DNA from: Rotaria socialis
Lineage: Eukaryota
Assembly (NCBI GenBank): GCA_905331295.1
Contig: CAJNYD010000438.1
Span: 1-64,000, forward strand
Length of the DNA stretch: 64,000 nt
Reading direction: 5' to 3'
The notes under the pieces were generated by a model. The model saw only the letters and a program-made list of their open reading frames with translations, had not been told where the DNA came from and did not search any database. A program made the translations under genes and the position numbers. Positions 1-11,522 of the stretch are shown piece after piece (the stretch's first letter is position 1; every line of letters begins with the position of its first letter).

Positions 1-551
1 AATTGATGGAATTTCAAATGCAATTAATATTGCGAACTTGGCCGAATATGCCAATGAATAACTTACAATATTGTTTGTGTCGTTCGTTGACATCGCTTTT
101 ATAAAACGGGAAAGTGTTTTTCTTCTCTATAGTTTATCTAAAGGAAAAATCATAATCAGCGCGCTTACTTAACTATTAATATCAAGATGTTTTTGAAGAT
201 TTTCTTCTAGTAGCATTATTCTTCTAAATAGAAATTTAATTATAGTCTCTCTGTTATACAGGAATAGCATCCTTGAGTTGACATCTAAAAAGCACATGCG
301 CATAGTCAGATTCATGATTTCAATTAGTTTGGGATAAAAATAAAATAAAAAATTGAAAAAAACTGAACTTTTCAAAAATAAAATTCAAGTTGTTATCGGT
401 TTCAGGTTTTATGATAGGGATTGTAACCAGTGTACTGTGTGATTGATATTTTTGATCACGATCACGATCACGATCACAGTCACGAATTTTACATAGTATT
501 GGGAGGAAAGAAGATTTTTCCATCATTCGATGGTGCCATCTGTGTGGGTGT

Positions 552-830
552 TGTAATGATAAATATGGGACCCTGTTTGGGTTGATACGTTAAGACAAAC
601 TGGGTAGAGGTGGAGTAGCTTACCGCCACTCAGGGCAATGATGTTTATTCACTTCTTCACATATCCAGAGTGTAACAACTTCATAAATAACACACGTATA
701 TATAGGAGAGGGATAGGAGAGAGAAAGATTAGCACAACGGAAAGAGAACAGAAGGAGGAGGAAGGAGAATCATCGAAGCGTGCCATCAATATCGGCACAG
801 GTATGTGGATGGGTGAATCTCCTCATTACA
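552..830 (-). mobile_element. Possible solo LTR
   Basis: Ends TGTAATGA...TCATTACA form an 8-bp inverted repeat (TG..CA). GC-richer than the flanks. On the minus strand a TATA-like run (~700) precedes AATAAA (~645). No clean TSD. Confidence 0.3.
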
Positions 831-1005
831 CACACACACCCCCAATAATCACAATGATAACGAACATTTAGTAAATGTTGAAAGCGAAGATGATGTTCAA
901 CAAATTATTTAATGATGTAATATCTTCACTTTTTTCTCAGTTTTGCTTTTTTTTAAATAGTATTTAAGTATCTAGTGTATTTTCTTCTTTTTTTTGGCTA
1001 ACAGT

Positions 1006-1549
1006 AAATGTGATCTGTCAGATATTTTTCTGATTTAAATGCAGGGTTGCCACCTCTTCCACTTTTTCAATTTTTTCTGCTATTTTCCCGCTGTTTCGCT
1101 TTTTTCCGCTTTTTCGTATAAAACGTGTTGCATATCAAACCTACGTACAGAATAATATTTGATATTATTGAATCAATTCTTATTGTTCACAAATACCGTG
1201 AGCCATCATTCTTTTATGTTTTGAAACTTAGATGAAATAAAAAGAAATCCAATAAATATGAAAAAAATGCCTAATGTTCTCAGAAGCACCACAAATCGGC
1301 AACAATATAAGCTTTCGCTTTTCCCCCCGCTTTTTCTGTTTTTCTTTCCGCTATTTTCCGCTTTTTAACATCAGTTTTCCGCTTTTGGGGCTTCATCAGA
1401 TGGCAGCCCTGTTTAAATGTGAACTGTCAACTATTTTTCTGATTTAAATGTGAACTGTCAGATATTTTTCTGATTTAAATGGGAACTGTCAGATATTTTT
1501 TTGATTTAAATGGGAACTGTCAGATATTTTTCTGATTTAAATATGAACG
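1006..1549. repeat. ~31-bp tandem repeat (TTTAAATGTGAACTGTCAGATATTTTTCTGA), about 5 copies, interrupted by the 1042-1411 MITE
   Basis: One copy lies before the MITE, and four plus a partial copy lie at 1412-1549. Confidence 0.85.
1042..1411. mobile_element. hAT-type MITE
   Basis: TIR CAGGGTTGCCA...TGGCAGCCCTG. 8-bp TSD TTTAAATG at 1034-1041 and 1412-1419. Internal TTTTCCGC repeats. Confidence 0.85.
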
Positions 1550-1822
1550 TTATATTCTTAAATAAATATTTGAGACTTTCAATCTCAATGTATATATTAC
1601 AATCGTGAATCAAACGTTTCATTTTCGATCAGAAACACAATTTTTTTCCAATTACAATCACGACACAATCACGGAAAAAATTTCTAATCAAGCACCCCAC
1701 TAATTGTAACTATTCATGAATCCAATATGACTGGTCGAATAATTCAACTTGAATTATCTCATATGATTTAAAATCCATAAAAATGTACTATAGACTCACA
1801 ATGAGACATGGATCCGATTCTA

Positions 1823-1954
1823 CCCATGTCACTCCGTGCGTTTTGGTGCGCGCACATAACGTTGTGCGCACTTGGTGCGCGTAGAAACGTAACGCTCGGT
1901 GCGCGTACGTACGTGACGTTTCTACACGCACCAAAACGCACGGGGTGACATGGG
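1823..1954. mobile_element. Short palindromic MITE with CCC termini (CMC/EnSpm-like)
   Basis: CCCATGTCACTCCGTGCGTTTTGGTGCG...CGCACCAAAACGCACGGGGTGACATGGG, flanked by TA on both sides. Confidence 0.85.
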
Positions 1955-2247
1955 TAATTACATGAAAAATAAACTTTCTGGTATTATGGTAGTTTTCAAG
2001 GGATGACACACATAATCAGTGAAAACGATAATATGTCATCGTTTTTATGATAGTCATTTTTCCTGTCAGGAGATTAATTTTTCCAAAATCAATCATACCA
2101 TGACAAACTAGACTGAATGAACTCTTTATTCATCCTAGCAGGTGTAAGTTTTACTATTTCTTCAATACTTTATTTTGATCCCCACGTAATTAGTTTCTGA
2201 TTTTTTAAATCGGTGCTCTAATGCTGTCTTCTTATTCTGTATAAGAT

Positions 2248-5200
2248 GAGCGGATTCATTTTTTTTATGAACACTCGGGTTCTCTTGAATGAGCGTGACA
2301 GAATCACCTTTCAATTATAAAATCTTTTTAACGCATTTTTTCTGTTTTGTTTTTGAGATATTATCATTTTGTATGCATGTGTGAGTATATAGAGGGTATT
2401 AAGGAATCTCATTGTGTGATCTAAAACACATTTTGCGATTATTTGGATGTGATTTCAGTGTTGTTTTTCAAAGATCATCATTCACATAGTGGTGGTTGAT
2501 AAATATCAACTGTATTATCACTCTATTTACACTCTTTCCTAATTTCGAAATAGATCCACCAATCGCATCGCAATATACTTATCGTTCTGTTTCTAATTTT
2601 CTTTATTAATTAATGAATGAATGTCGTTCACGATCTGAATGTATATGATTCGACGGTTGTATCATCCGTGTTTGTAATGAAACGCTTGTTGATATGTTTT
2701 GAGGGATAATTTTATCTCGAAATAGCTTTAACAGCGGCTGAACGAGGAAAGAGATATCGTGATAAATTAAAACAGCACTATATAGTATAGGTACAATTAA
2801 TTCAAGCAAAAGGATCGTGAACAAAAGGCTAAAAATCTAGAGTTGATGAACGAAGCGCAAAAAGATAAATATCACGATAATCATCGAAAGGCTCAAGAGC
2901 AATATCGCAAAAATTAAAATCGAAAGTCATAAATGGAATGCAGCCTAAGTAAATGTAATCGAAAGACAGATTTTTACTGATCTTCTTGTTTAAATTTAGC
3001 TCTGTATATCGTACAAAACAAACATTTTCAAAAGCTACCAAAAACGTTCTACGTGCGTCATCTAAAACTATGGCTCAGAAAAAGCAAGTTTTACAGCATA
3101 TTAGTCAAGATCTAGGCATATTACCAAAACCAAAAGCTATGCGAATTCAATCGAAAATACCAGCGTCAGCTCGGACAAAAGTTAAACAATTTTATCTTTA
3201 AAGATTACATTTCTTGGCAAGCACCCGGTAGGCGGGATCATAAAACTATTAAAGAAAATGGTGTAAAAGTCAAATACTAAAAACATCATTTATTGTATAA
3301 CATTCGTGAAGTGTATGAGCTGTTTCTTGAAGAAAATTCAAGTAAGAAGAACGACACGTATCTAAATCAGTTTTGACAGCTTTTAAGTAGAATAATAAAA
3401 ATTTCTTCAATAAAGAATGGTAAACCAAACGGATGAAGTTTAGAAAAATTAGATTTTCTATCTAACTTCTTCCTTTTTTTAAATAACTAGATTTATCAAT
3501 CAGTCGATCAACATTTGCTAAACTACGACCGAAATACGTTTTATACCAAAATACTTTACCACATCAGGTGTGTTTATGTATCATACATGAGAACATTAAT
3601 CTCCCTTTGAATGCTCTCTCAAAAGAAATAAATGGGCTTAAAAATAATTTGGGTCAATATACATTGAAAATGGTATGTGACAAAAATGATGAACATTGTA
3701 TGAAGTCGTGCTGTCATAGTTGTAAAAACAATTTTTAGACGCAAAATCATGCGAAAAATAATGAACAAAGCGAAAGTTATGAGCTGGTATCAATGGACTA
3801 CTGTTGGTGGACGTGTTGTAAAAAAAACAATTCTCAGGTATGAATGAACGTTTCATTTGCTTATTGTAGCTAACACGAATAATCTCGTTTAAAGGAACAG
3901 TTATTCAATGTGTAAAACAATTACAGAGAAAGACACCCCAATACTTATGGGACGTCTTTGTCAAACGAAAACAAAGTGGTTATTTTGATCATATCAAGGA
4001 AAATGCTGATGATACAACTGTTGTCTGCCAGGTGGACTATACTGAAAGTTACACGCTTCAAGATCAAGATCAAATACAGTCTGCTCACTGGTCGAAGAAA
4101 CAAGTTTCAATATTCACAGCTTATATTTGGATGGGTGGTAGTGGATGGGATGGTTATTCGTTTGGATTCGTATCAAATTTGAAAAAGCACGATAAATTTA
4201 CTGTTATCACTTATTTAGAAATTTTGATCCAAGAAATAATTGCCCTCATGCCCGATGTTGATCAAATTATCTTTTTTCGGATGGTGCTGCCAGTCAGTTC
4301 AAGAATCGTTATATCATTCAATATCTAACAAACATGATGGATAAATCCGATATCAACTTAAGCTGGAGCTACTTTTCGTCATCACATGGCAAGGTGTGGT
4401 GGATTCAATAAATGGTACGTTGAAACGATTTGTTTGGATGGGTGTGATGGCTGGTGCTCGTTGTTCATCGGCGAAAGAATTCGTTAATATTTGCAGGCGC
4501 AAGACAAAAACAATTCTTGTCGCTCTTGTTCAACAAGCACAATTCGATACAACAGAAGCGTTACTCAAAACCTATTTTCAAAATATCGTTGGTGTACCTA
4601 ATATTCGAAAACAACATCATATAAATGTCCTGAATAAAGATGTTATTGAATGTGCTCTATATGCAACATGTAAAGACAAATATGTATTTAAGTTTTGAAT
4701 TTTTTTGTACATTACGCTGTACCATAAGAATTGTAGTACTATTTTATCTGATAGGCATTTTTTAACACAGGTTTTATAAATTGTTTTATACTAAACACTA
4801 CTTATATATTCTATTTCATAAACTATATCTATGTTTCGGAAGAAATAAAATTTCATTGAATATCAACATTTTAAAAAAATGATTCCGTCACGAAGCCTTT
4901 TCCACTCTTCAAAGTCGTAGTTTTAAATATTTTTAATTTTCTCTTTTTATTCAGATAGGATGAGATCTCTACTACAACTTTCCCATTGAATTTTTTTCTT
5001 CGCAGCTTCAGTTGAGCTAACTTTTCCAGTTCTTCACCTGGGACTCGACCTCGAAGACCATTTTTGGTGATTCCGTAACGAACCTATATTTTAATCATAA
5101 AATTGTCATGAAACTTTTGAATCCTATGAAACTTTCAGAGTATGTAGAGCAATGAAGCTTGAATATATTCTGAAAATTTCAGCTTCATCCAATATCATTA

Positions 5201-5277
5201 AGTGGAGATATTCAAGATCCAAAATGAAAAAACGTGATTCCGTCACGCTTGGGCAAGTTGTTCAATAAAAGGTGCTC
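2248..5277 (+). mobile_element. Degenerate Sola2-like DNA transposon (boundaries approximate)
   Basis: Inverted repeat GAGCGTGACAGAATCAC (2291) versus GTGATTCCGTCACGCTT (5234-5250), with a weaker outward extension. TGATTCCGT(C/A)ACG also occurs at ~4880 and ~5068. It encloses a transposase pseudogene. No TSD resolved. Confidence 0.55.
2730..4698 (+). pseudogene. Transposase pseudogene with a Cys/His-rich region and DDD core (Sola2-like)
   Basis: Motifs read across frames: SWQAPGRRD, SRSTFAKLRP, CLCIIHEN, CxxxxCxxC, QVDYTESY..QDQIQSAHW, FSDGAASQFKNR, SSSHGK-VVDSINGTLKR. Contains stops and frameshifts. Apparent introns at ~3342-3490 and ~3838-3894. Confidence 0.7.
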
Positions 5278-6111
5278 GTGTGGCATGCGTATTGATCATC
5301 AAACCATAAAATCCGAGGATATTTATTTTATGGACTTTTTAAGATAAGAAGTATCGAAATTACAGCAAATCTTATTTTTTCATTCCTATCTTCGAACTAT
5401 AATGATTTTCGTAATTTTATGTGCATATATTAAAAATCATTCAAAAAATATTCGAATGCTCGAATTTTGGCCTGATATTTAATGATGAAAAAGGATTTTG
5501 CAATTGCTCGGTTGATAGGCATAGCTAAATGATGTTACAATCTCCGTGCATGTATAAAACTCTTCAAAAACCTAGTGCTCCGTAGATCTTAATGAGTAAA
5601 ACAAACTTTTTCAAGCAGAATCTTTGAATCTAGCATATCCTTTTCATATTTATTGTACTCATAAAAACTACGCTGAACGAAAAATGTCATACTCATGATA
5701 ATTTTTGTTGAAAAAACATGGAAGATCTGTCTAAGATACTATTTTTTCATATCTCTGGTTCGATCAATAACTCGATGATTCTAGTTGTTGCTATTATTCA
5801 CTCAATAATTGTTTTCTTTCAATTTTTGTACTTTACTCTGAAAGATTCCTTCTTTTTTTTCTAAATAAGTTTAATGCATCAACTGAATTCAACAAATATA
5901 TTTACCTTAGTTTTTTAGAATGAACTTCAAAGTTAAAAGGACTCTTAATGAGTTTTACTCTTTTCCTTTGCATCTAATTGAGATATATTGAACTCATTTA
6001 TAATATCCCTTTCATCCTTTCCTCTCTCAAGAGTAGACACACGAGCGCTTGCTTGCATTCTCCTCTGACATCATCATCCTCATCTTGTTGAATGAAGAGA
6101 GAAGTTAACGG

Positions 6112-6737
6112 CCCAGGTCCATCATTCAGACCGTCTGAAAGATGGCATTAAACTGGCAGAAACGGCTAAGAAACGGCGTAAATAATGCCCTAAACGATGA
6201 AAAACGACCGCCGCTTTTAGCCGTTTTTCACCGTTTTACATGTGAGTTATCCTGGTCATTTATACTTTTTAAACATTCTAATTTAATAAAATTATTATAT
6301 ATTTATTTTCAAAAGAAACGTTAACATAGAAAATAGCATGAAATAAAACGAAAAGTCATCGGAAAAGATTAAAAACACTAATACAATCTAAAATCTAAAA
6401 TAAAGTAAAAAGAAATAAAAGGAAATGAATAATATACAAGAAAAAGAAAAAGAAAAAAACATGAGAAAAGAAAATGAAATAAAATAGGTTGAACGATAGC
6501 GTCTAAGCAGCTATATATGTTATCCATATTTATATCTCCAAATAAAATAGATGTAAAACGGTAAAAAAACGTTCACCTTAGAAGGTAGCCGCTTCCGCCA
6601 ACACCGAAACCGTCACCTAAAAGGCCATCGTTTTTCGCCGTATCACATTGTTTTCCGGTACTTCGTCGCTGACCATAGTAACGACTGCCGCTTTTCGCCG
6701 TTTCTAGTCGTTTACGGACCGTTCTATTCGACATGGG
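6112..6737. mobile_element. CCC-terminated MITE (CMC/EnSpm-like)
   Basis: Left end CCCAGGTCC. The right end rc CCCATGTCGAATAGAACGGTCCGTAAACG closely matches the left TIR of the 11233 element. 2-bp TSD GG at 6110-6111 and 6738-6739. Confidence 0.7.
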
Positions 6738-7026
6738 GGTAATTGTCGTTACGATAAAAAAGATTCATCGTCAAATCTGAAGCTAAATTTATCTATTAGC
6801 GAACTGCTAAAAACTAATCAACAAATAACTGCTGCTGCTTTTGATACACCAGGTGCCTATAAACTGCAAAGAGATGATCGCTTTCTTTCGTCAAAATCCA
6901 AATGTCGCGTTTGGTGTTCATGAACTTCTTACTCATCATACTCATCCTCACCGCCTGAATGCTCCAACTCAATCATCAACTCCTAAAAGCGCCTAAACGA
7001 AATTTAGATTCAAGTGATAATGACGC

Positions 7027-8495
7027 TAGTGAATGTACTCACCCAGCGAGTACTCAAAAAGTACTCAAACTAGAAAATACAGCGAGAACTCATGAGCACT
7101 CTTGAGTTTAAGTACTCATCAGCAGTGCTCGTGCTAAGATCTGAGTATCTGAGTACAACTATCGAGTACTCGCTCTGTAAACTCGTGTGTTTTGCGAGTA
7201 CTCATCATTCATTTCCTCAGAACTCTGGTGGGTTTTTGTAAAATATCCAGACATCTATGTTTTGTTCTCCATCTTTCTAATGCGTTCAATTTATTTTATT
7301 TAAAAACTGATGATAGAACAGTGACTAGACCTACGACAGTTCCAATTAGTTCCGATCTTCAGAACTGTCTCACAAGTTCTTTGATCGGAAACGAATTATC
7401 TGAACAGTTTTTTGATCGGAACTGATCAGTGTAAAACAGCACCGTGATCATCTATATGGGCAGGGCTACAACAGTTCCCGAAGAAGAACTGTTCTGTCGA
7501 AACAGTTCCCGAAAAGAACTATGTATTGGGTACAGTTCTTTGAAAAGAATCGGTTCCAAGAACTGAGAGCTGTCGTAGGTCAAACAGTGACGCGCATGAT
7601 AAGAATTTCAGAAACGATTTGTTTTATTATCTTAAAATACTTTTTAATTAGGACATAGAGATAAAACATTTATCAGCAGAATGCAAGAAAAACTAAATAA
7701 AAATCTCTATTGAAAACATTACAACATATGTAAACACAATCATAAACACAAGTGAGAAATAAATTATGGATCGAATTAAGATACGCGATTACAATACACA
7801 TTCACTGCATATCGTTACAAACAACACGAACATTTTAAATCGAAAACTATTATCGTTAAGTAACAAATAAAGAATCGATGAACTGTCTTCTGTATGATAG
7901 ATGAATCTTCAGAATATTGAAATTTATAATTTTGTGCAAAAATTTATCATTCGCCTTGTTTCATTAGTTTTCCTAAAAAAATTAAATTTTTATTTAAAAC
8001 GATATTTTATCTTTGAGTTTAGCTTTTAAAATGTAACAAATAATTTTGTAATTTCAAATAAATATTTAGTCTCACTCGAGAGGGGAATAGCTGAAATGAA
8101 ATGGATTTGTTTTTCTATTCTTTAAATAGCCAATTGACTACGGGACATGAATGACTCACCACAAAATATGGAGGATGAAATCGATAATTTGTTTAAAGAT
8201 TTTTTTCCAAAATTTCGGTTCATTATACAGTTGTTCTCAATTACACAATATTATTTTATTTTCATGCATCTTACTGCATAGATGTTTTGCTGAATACGTT
8301 AGGAAAAACGACGATAAGTACTATCTCGAGTACTCGTATTTTCGTGTACGAGTAATTCTCAGAGAGAAAACTCATTGGAGTACTCGTCATAGTACACGAA
8401 GAGTATTGCTACACAGAAAACTCATCGAGTACTCATTCGAGCAACCTGAGTACTCATGCTGCACAGTCGTACTCGCTGGACGAGTACTTTCACTA
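7027..8495. mobile_element. Non-autonomous TIR element rich in GAGTACTC palindromes
   Basis: TAGTGAATGTACTCACCCAGCGAGTAC versus rc TAGTGAAAGTACTCGTCCAGCGAGTAC (24/27). CTAG at both junctions. Superfamily unresolved. Confidence 0.8.
7326..7583. mobile_element. hAT-type MITE nested in the 7027-8495 element
   Basis: TIR TAGACCTACGACAG versus CTGTCGTAGGTCAA. 8-bp TSD ACAGTGAC at 7318-7325 and 7584-7591. Confidence 0.9.
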
Positions 8496-9196
8496 GGAGC
8501 ACAACCATCAAAACAACAATGGGTGTTATCAAACGATAAATTAAAAAGACCCGTGAAATGAATTTACCGAAGGTTCCAAGCCTTGTGCACCAAATGAACA
8601 ATAATCTGCAATTGAATCAACCTCGACAACAAGCATCAGTACAACAGCAACATCGAATTCCTTTTGAACAGTTAAAACGTACTGTTTCAAGCAATCTTCC
8701 ATGCTTTTTCATTCAATACGAAAAAGCAGACAACTCGAAGAATAGGCCATCGGATATATCAGCAGCACGGGTAATCGAAGATCATTTCAATCAACAAGGA
8801 ATCTCGATATCGTTTTCAATAGTCGGCCATACAGGTAATAAATTAAAATTAGGAGTTAACAACAAAGAGTCGTATGCAGCATTAATAAAGACGGATAAAT
8901 GGCCGCCACAAGTCAATAATATCAACATCACCGTGAGTAAGCCGAAATTTACTCCGGATACCTTTGCGCTTGTGGTTGGATATGTACCTTCTCAGTACGA
9001 TGACGAGTTTGTCAATGAAGAAATTAAACGATAATCTGCAATCAGTCGAAAATATCAGACGTATTCAATATCCCTTCCAACGAAATACAAATGATTTTCG
9101 ATTTATTATTAAAGGCGTGGATGAATATAATTCAACTTTTAAATTAGGTCGGATATCGATTGGAAATACATTTTGTACTATTACACCATTCCTGAC

Positions 9197-10166
9197 CAGG
9201 ATTACTAAATCTCCTGTTTTGACCAGAGATCTCCTGATTTTGAAACTTTTCTTCTGATTTCTCCTGATTTTTGTAATGCGACGAATAACTTCGCTTTGAA
9301 CCTATAGCGATTTCCAAGAGAAAAGAACAAACCTGTGGAAACGTTAAACTTATATATGGAATGATAATTGAAATCAAATGAGTCATAATTTAGTTGGAGC
9401 GGAGTTGAAGATTCAAATAAACATTCATTTTCAGTGTTGCCAAATGTCGAACTTGAAAGTTCTGAAACTTGGGGAGCTTTTTTCAAATGTTGCAAAAATG
9501 CGGAAACGTGTTTTGGGTTCGTTTTTTCATTTAAAGTACGTTTTACTCTAACAGGTTCGAAGCAACGATACTCTTTATACATATCTACAACATATGTTTA
9601 AATAAAAAGGTGCGCATTCACGAAGGCTACCTGACGTCAACCTCGAAAATTCAAAAAATTCAGGAATTTGTTTTTCGAAATCTAGAAAAAATCGAGAAAA
9701 GCTTTAAAATTTGGAAAAACTTTCGAAATCTGGAATTTTTCCACAAGATGTGGGCATCTAGCAACACTGTCTGTTTTGCTTGATCATAACTCTATGATTA
9801 TCTTTTAAATGAACCAGATCTTTCGAAATATATATTCGACTGTTAGATTTAAGTAGTCACGTCGCACAACTGTCACGCATTGCTGAGTAGATTGGCTAAG
9901 TAGTGTTTACTATGTATTCTAATGAACACGTTTTAATTATCTATTTAAATAAACTTTATGAAGTCAGCATTCTATTTTCAATTTTAATCCGCCTACAAGA
10001 AAAATTTTCAGCATCAATCCCATTATAGGAAAAGAGGTTAATGCATCTATTAGTGAAAAGTCGGAAGTTATCAGATAAAAATGATTGAATAACTGTTGAA
10101 TGTCAAAAAGAATCCTCCCGATTTTTCTCCTGATTTAGGAAAAAAATTCTCCTGAAAAGAGTAGTG
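9197..10166. mobile_element. hAT-like internally deleted element with a truncated right end
   Basis: Starts CAGGATTACTA exactly where ORF1 homology stops. CTCCTGA(TTT) subterminal repeats cluster at both ends. The right end ...AGTAGTG abuts the next element. Confidence 0.5.
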
Positions 10167-10236
10167 GCCTAATTCGACTTCAAATATAAATGAAAAAAAA
10201 CCACTTTCATGTTTCCACGTAATCGCCGGGAAAAGA

Positions 10237-10690
10237 TTTCCTTTTTATAAATTATAAAATTTATAAATTGACTTCGTTCTCATTTCTAATTTATGAATCG
10301 ATTTACATTTCCTTTTCATAAACTGTAAAATTTATAAATTGACTTCGTTCTCATTGCTAATTTAGGAATCGATTTACATTTCCTTTTCATAAACTGTAAA
10401 ATCTATAAATTGACTTCGTTCTCATTGCTAATTTAGGAATCGATTTACATTTCCTTTTCATAAACTGTAAAATTTATAAATTGACTTCGTTCTCATTGCT
10501 AATTTAGGAATCGATTTACATTTCCTTTTCATAAACTGTAAAATTTATAAATTGACTTCGTTCTCATTGCTAATTTAGGAATCGATTTACATTTCCTTTT
10601 CATAAATTATAAAATTTATAAATTGACGTCGCTCTCATTTATAATTTAGGAGTAGATTTACATTTCCTTTTTATAAATTAGAAGCTTTAC
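10237..10690. repeat. 71-bp tandem minisatellite, about 6 copies
   Basis: The TTGAC(T/G)TCG motif recurs at 10268, 10339, 10410, 10481, 10552 and 10623. Central copies are near-identical. Confidence 0.95.
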
Positions 10691-11232
10691 ATTTTCGACG
10701 TCAAATGTACTGAGAAAGTTGATATCGTAGTAAATTAGGCTTGTCGAATAGTTATAATTCTCATATACACTTTAGAAAAGTGTGTATAAATATTTTTAGT
10801 GAAATTTAAATTTTTTCGGATGGAAGCTTTTGATTTCTTTTACGTCTGGTTCAAATATTGCTGCTGAATGATGTGTTATATTTAGATCAACAGTTTAAGA
10901 AAATCAGACCTGATTGTTGGTTTTGAATTTTAGTGGTTTGAAGTGTTTTGCTATATGTGGTAATATGAGTTTTTATGTTCCGACGTTGTATTATGATGGA
11001 CAATGCTTTTCGTATGGTTGTGTATTGAATTGTTTTCATAGCCTCGTTTTGTAGTCGCCGGTGGACGTAAGTGTATTTTGACCATTGTGAACTCCATTCT
11101 GTATACTTTCGATTGTTTGAATTAAAAGTTTGAGCACATTTTATGACCTTGATATGTGAATTCATTTCATTTCGTCATTGCTTCCTTTCTGCCTGGTTTG
11201 CATGGAGTTGCTATAAACAGGCTGTTTGCATA

Positions 11233-11522
11233 CCCAGGTCGAACAGTACGGTCCGTATACGGCCGTTGACGGTTAGTTTACGACTATTTTACGGGCGAAA
11301 GTTTGCCGTAATATCTGGCGCAGCAATACGGACCGTATTATCATGAGAGTATGGAGCACAAACAGCCGTAAACCATGAAAATTCAGTCCCGTTTACGGTG
11401 CCGCATTACTGCGCCAGGTATTACGGGCAAATACTGCCTATTTACTGCCGTAAATATACCGTTTTGACATCGTTTACCGTCGATAAACAGACCGTAAACC
11501 AGTCCGTTTTGATCAACCTGGG
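11233..11522. mobile_element. CCC-terminated MITE (CMC/EnSpm-like)
   Basis: CCCAGGTCGAACAGTACGG...CCGTTTTGATCAACCTGGG with a TA TSD. Internal ACGG/CCGT repeats. Confidence 0.85.

Larger units (their letters stand above)
428..1702. mobile_element. Non-autonomous hAT-like DNA element hosting nested inserts
   Basis: 8-bp direct repeat ATTGTAAC at 420-427 and 1703-1710. Imperfect termini CAGTGTACTGTGTGATT versus rc TAGTGGGGTGCTTGATT. GATCAC/AATCAC subterminal repeats at both ends. Confidence 0.6.
6092..9196 (+). pseudogene. LINE ORF1 (gag-like) remnant, interrupted and lacking its C-terminus
   Basis: ORFs 8558-9034 and 8964-9257 are frameshifted against each other (LPCFFIQY..KLKLGVNNKESY..FRFII..GRISIGNTFCTITPFLT). 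The N-terminus becomes open after MITE removal. Confidence 0.65.

Noticed and set aside
8151..8561. 136-aa ORF
   Set aside because: It is mostly TIR-element subterminal repeats reading into the LINE ORF1 remnant.
10237..10690. Regular repeat array resembling CRISPR
   Set aside because: The units are contiguous with no unique spacers, there are no cas genes, and the context is eukaryotic.
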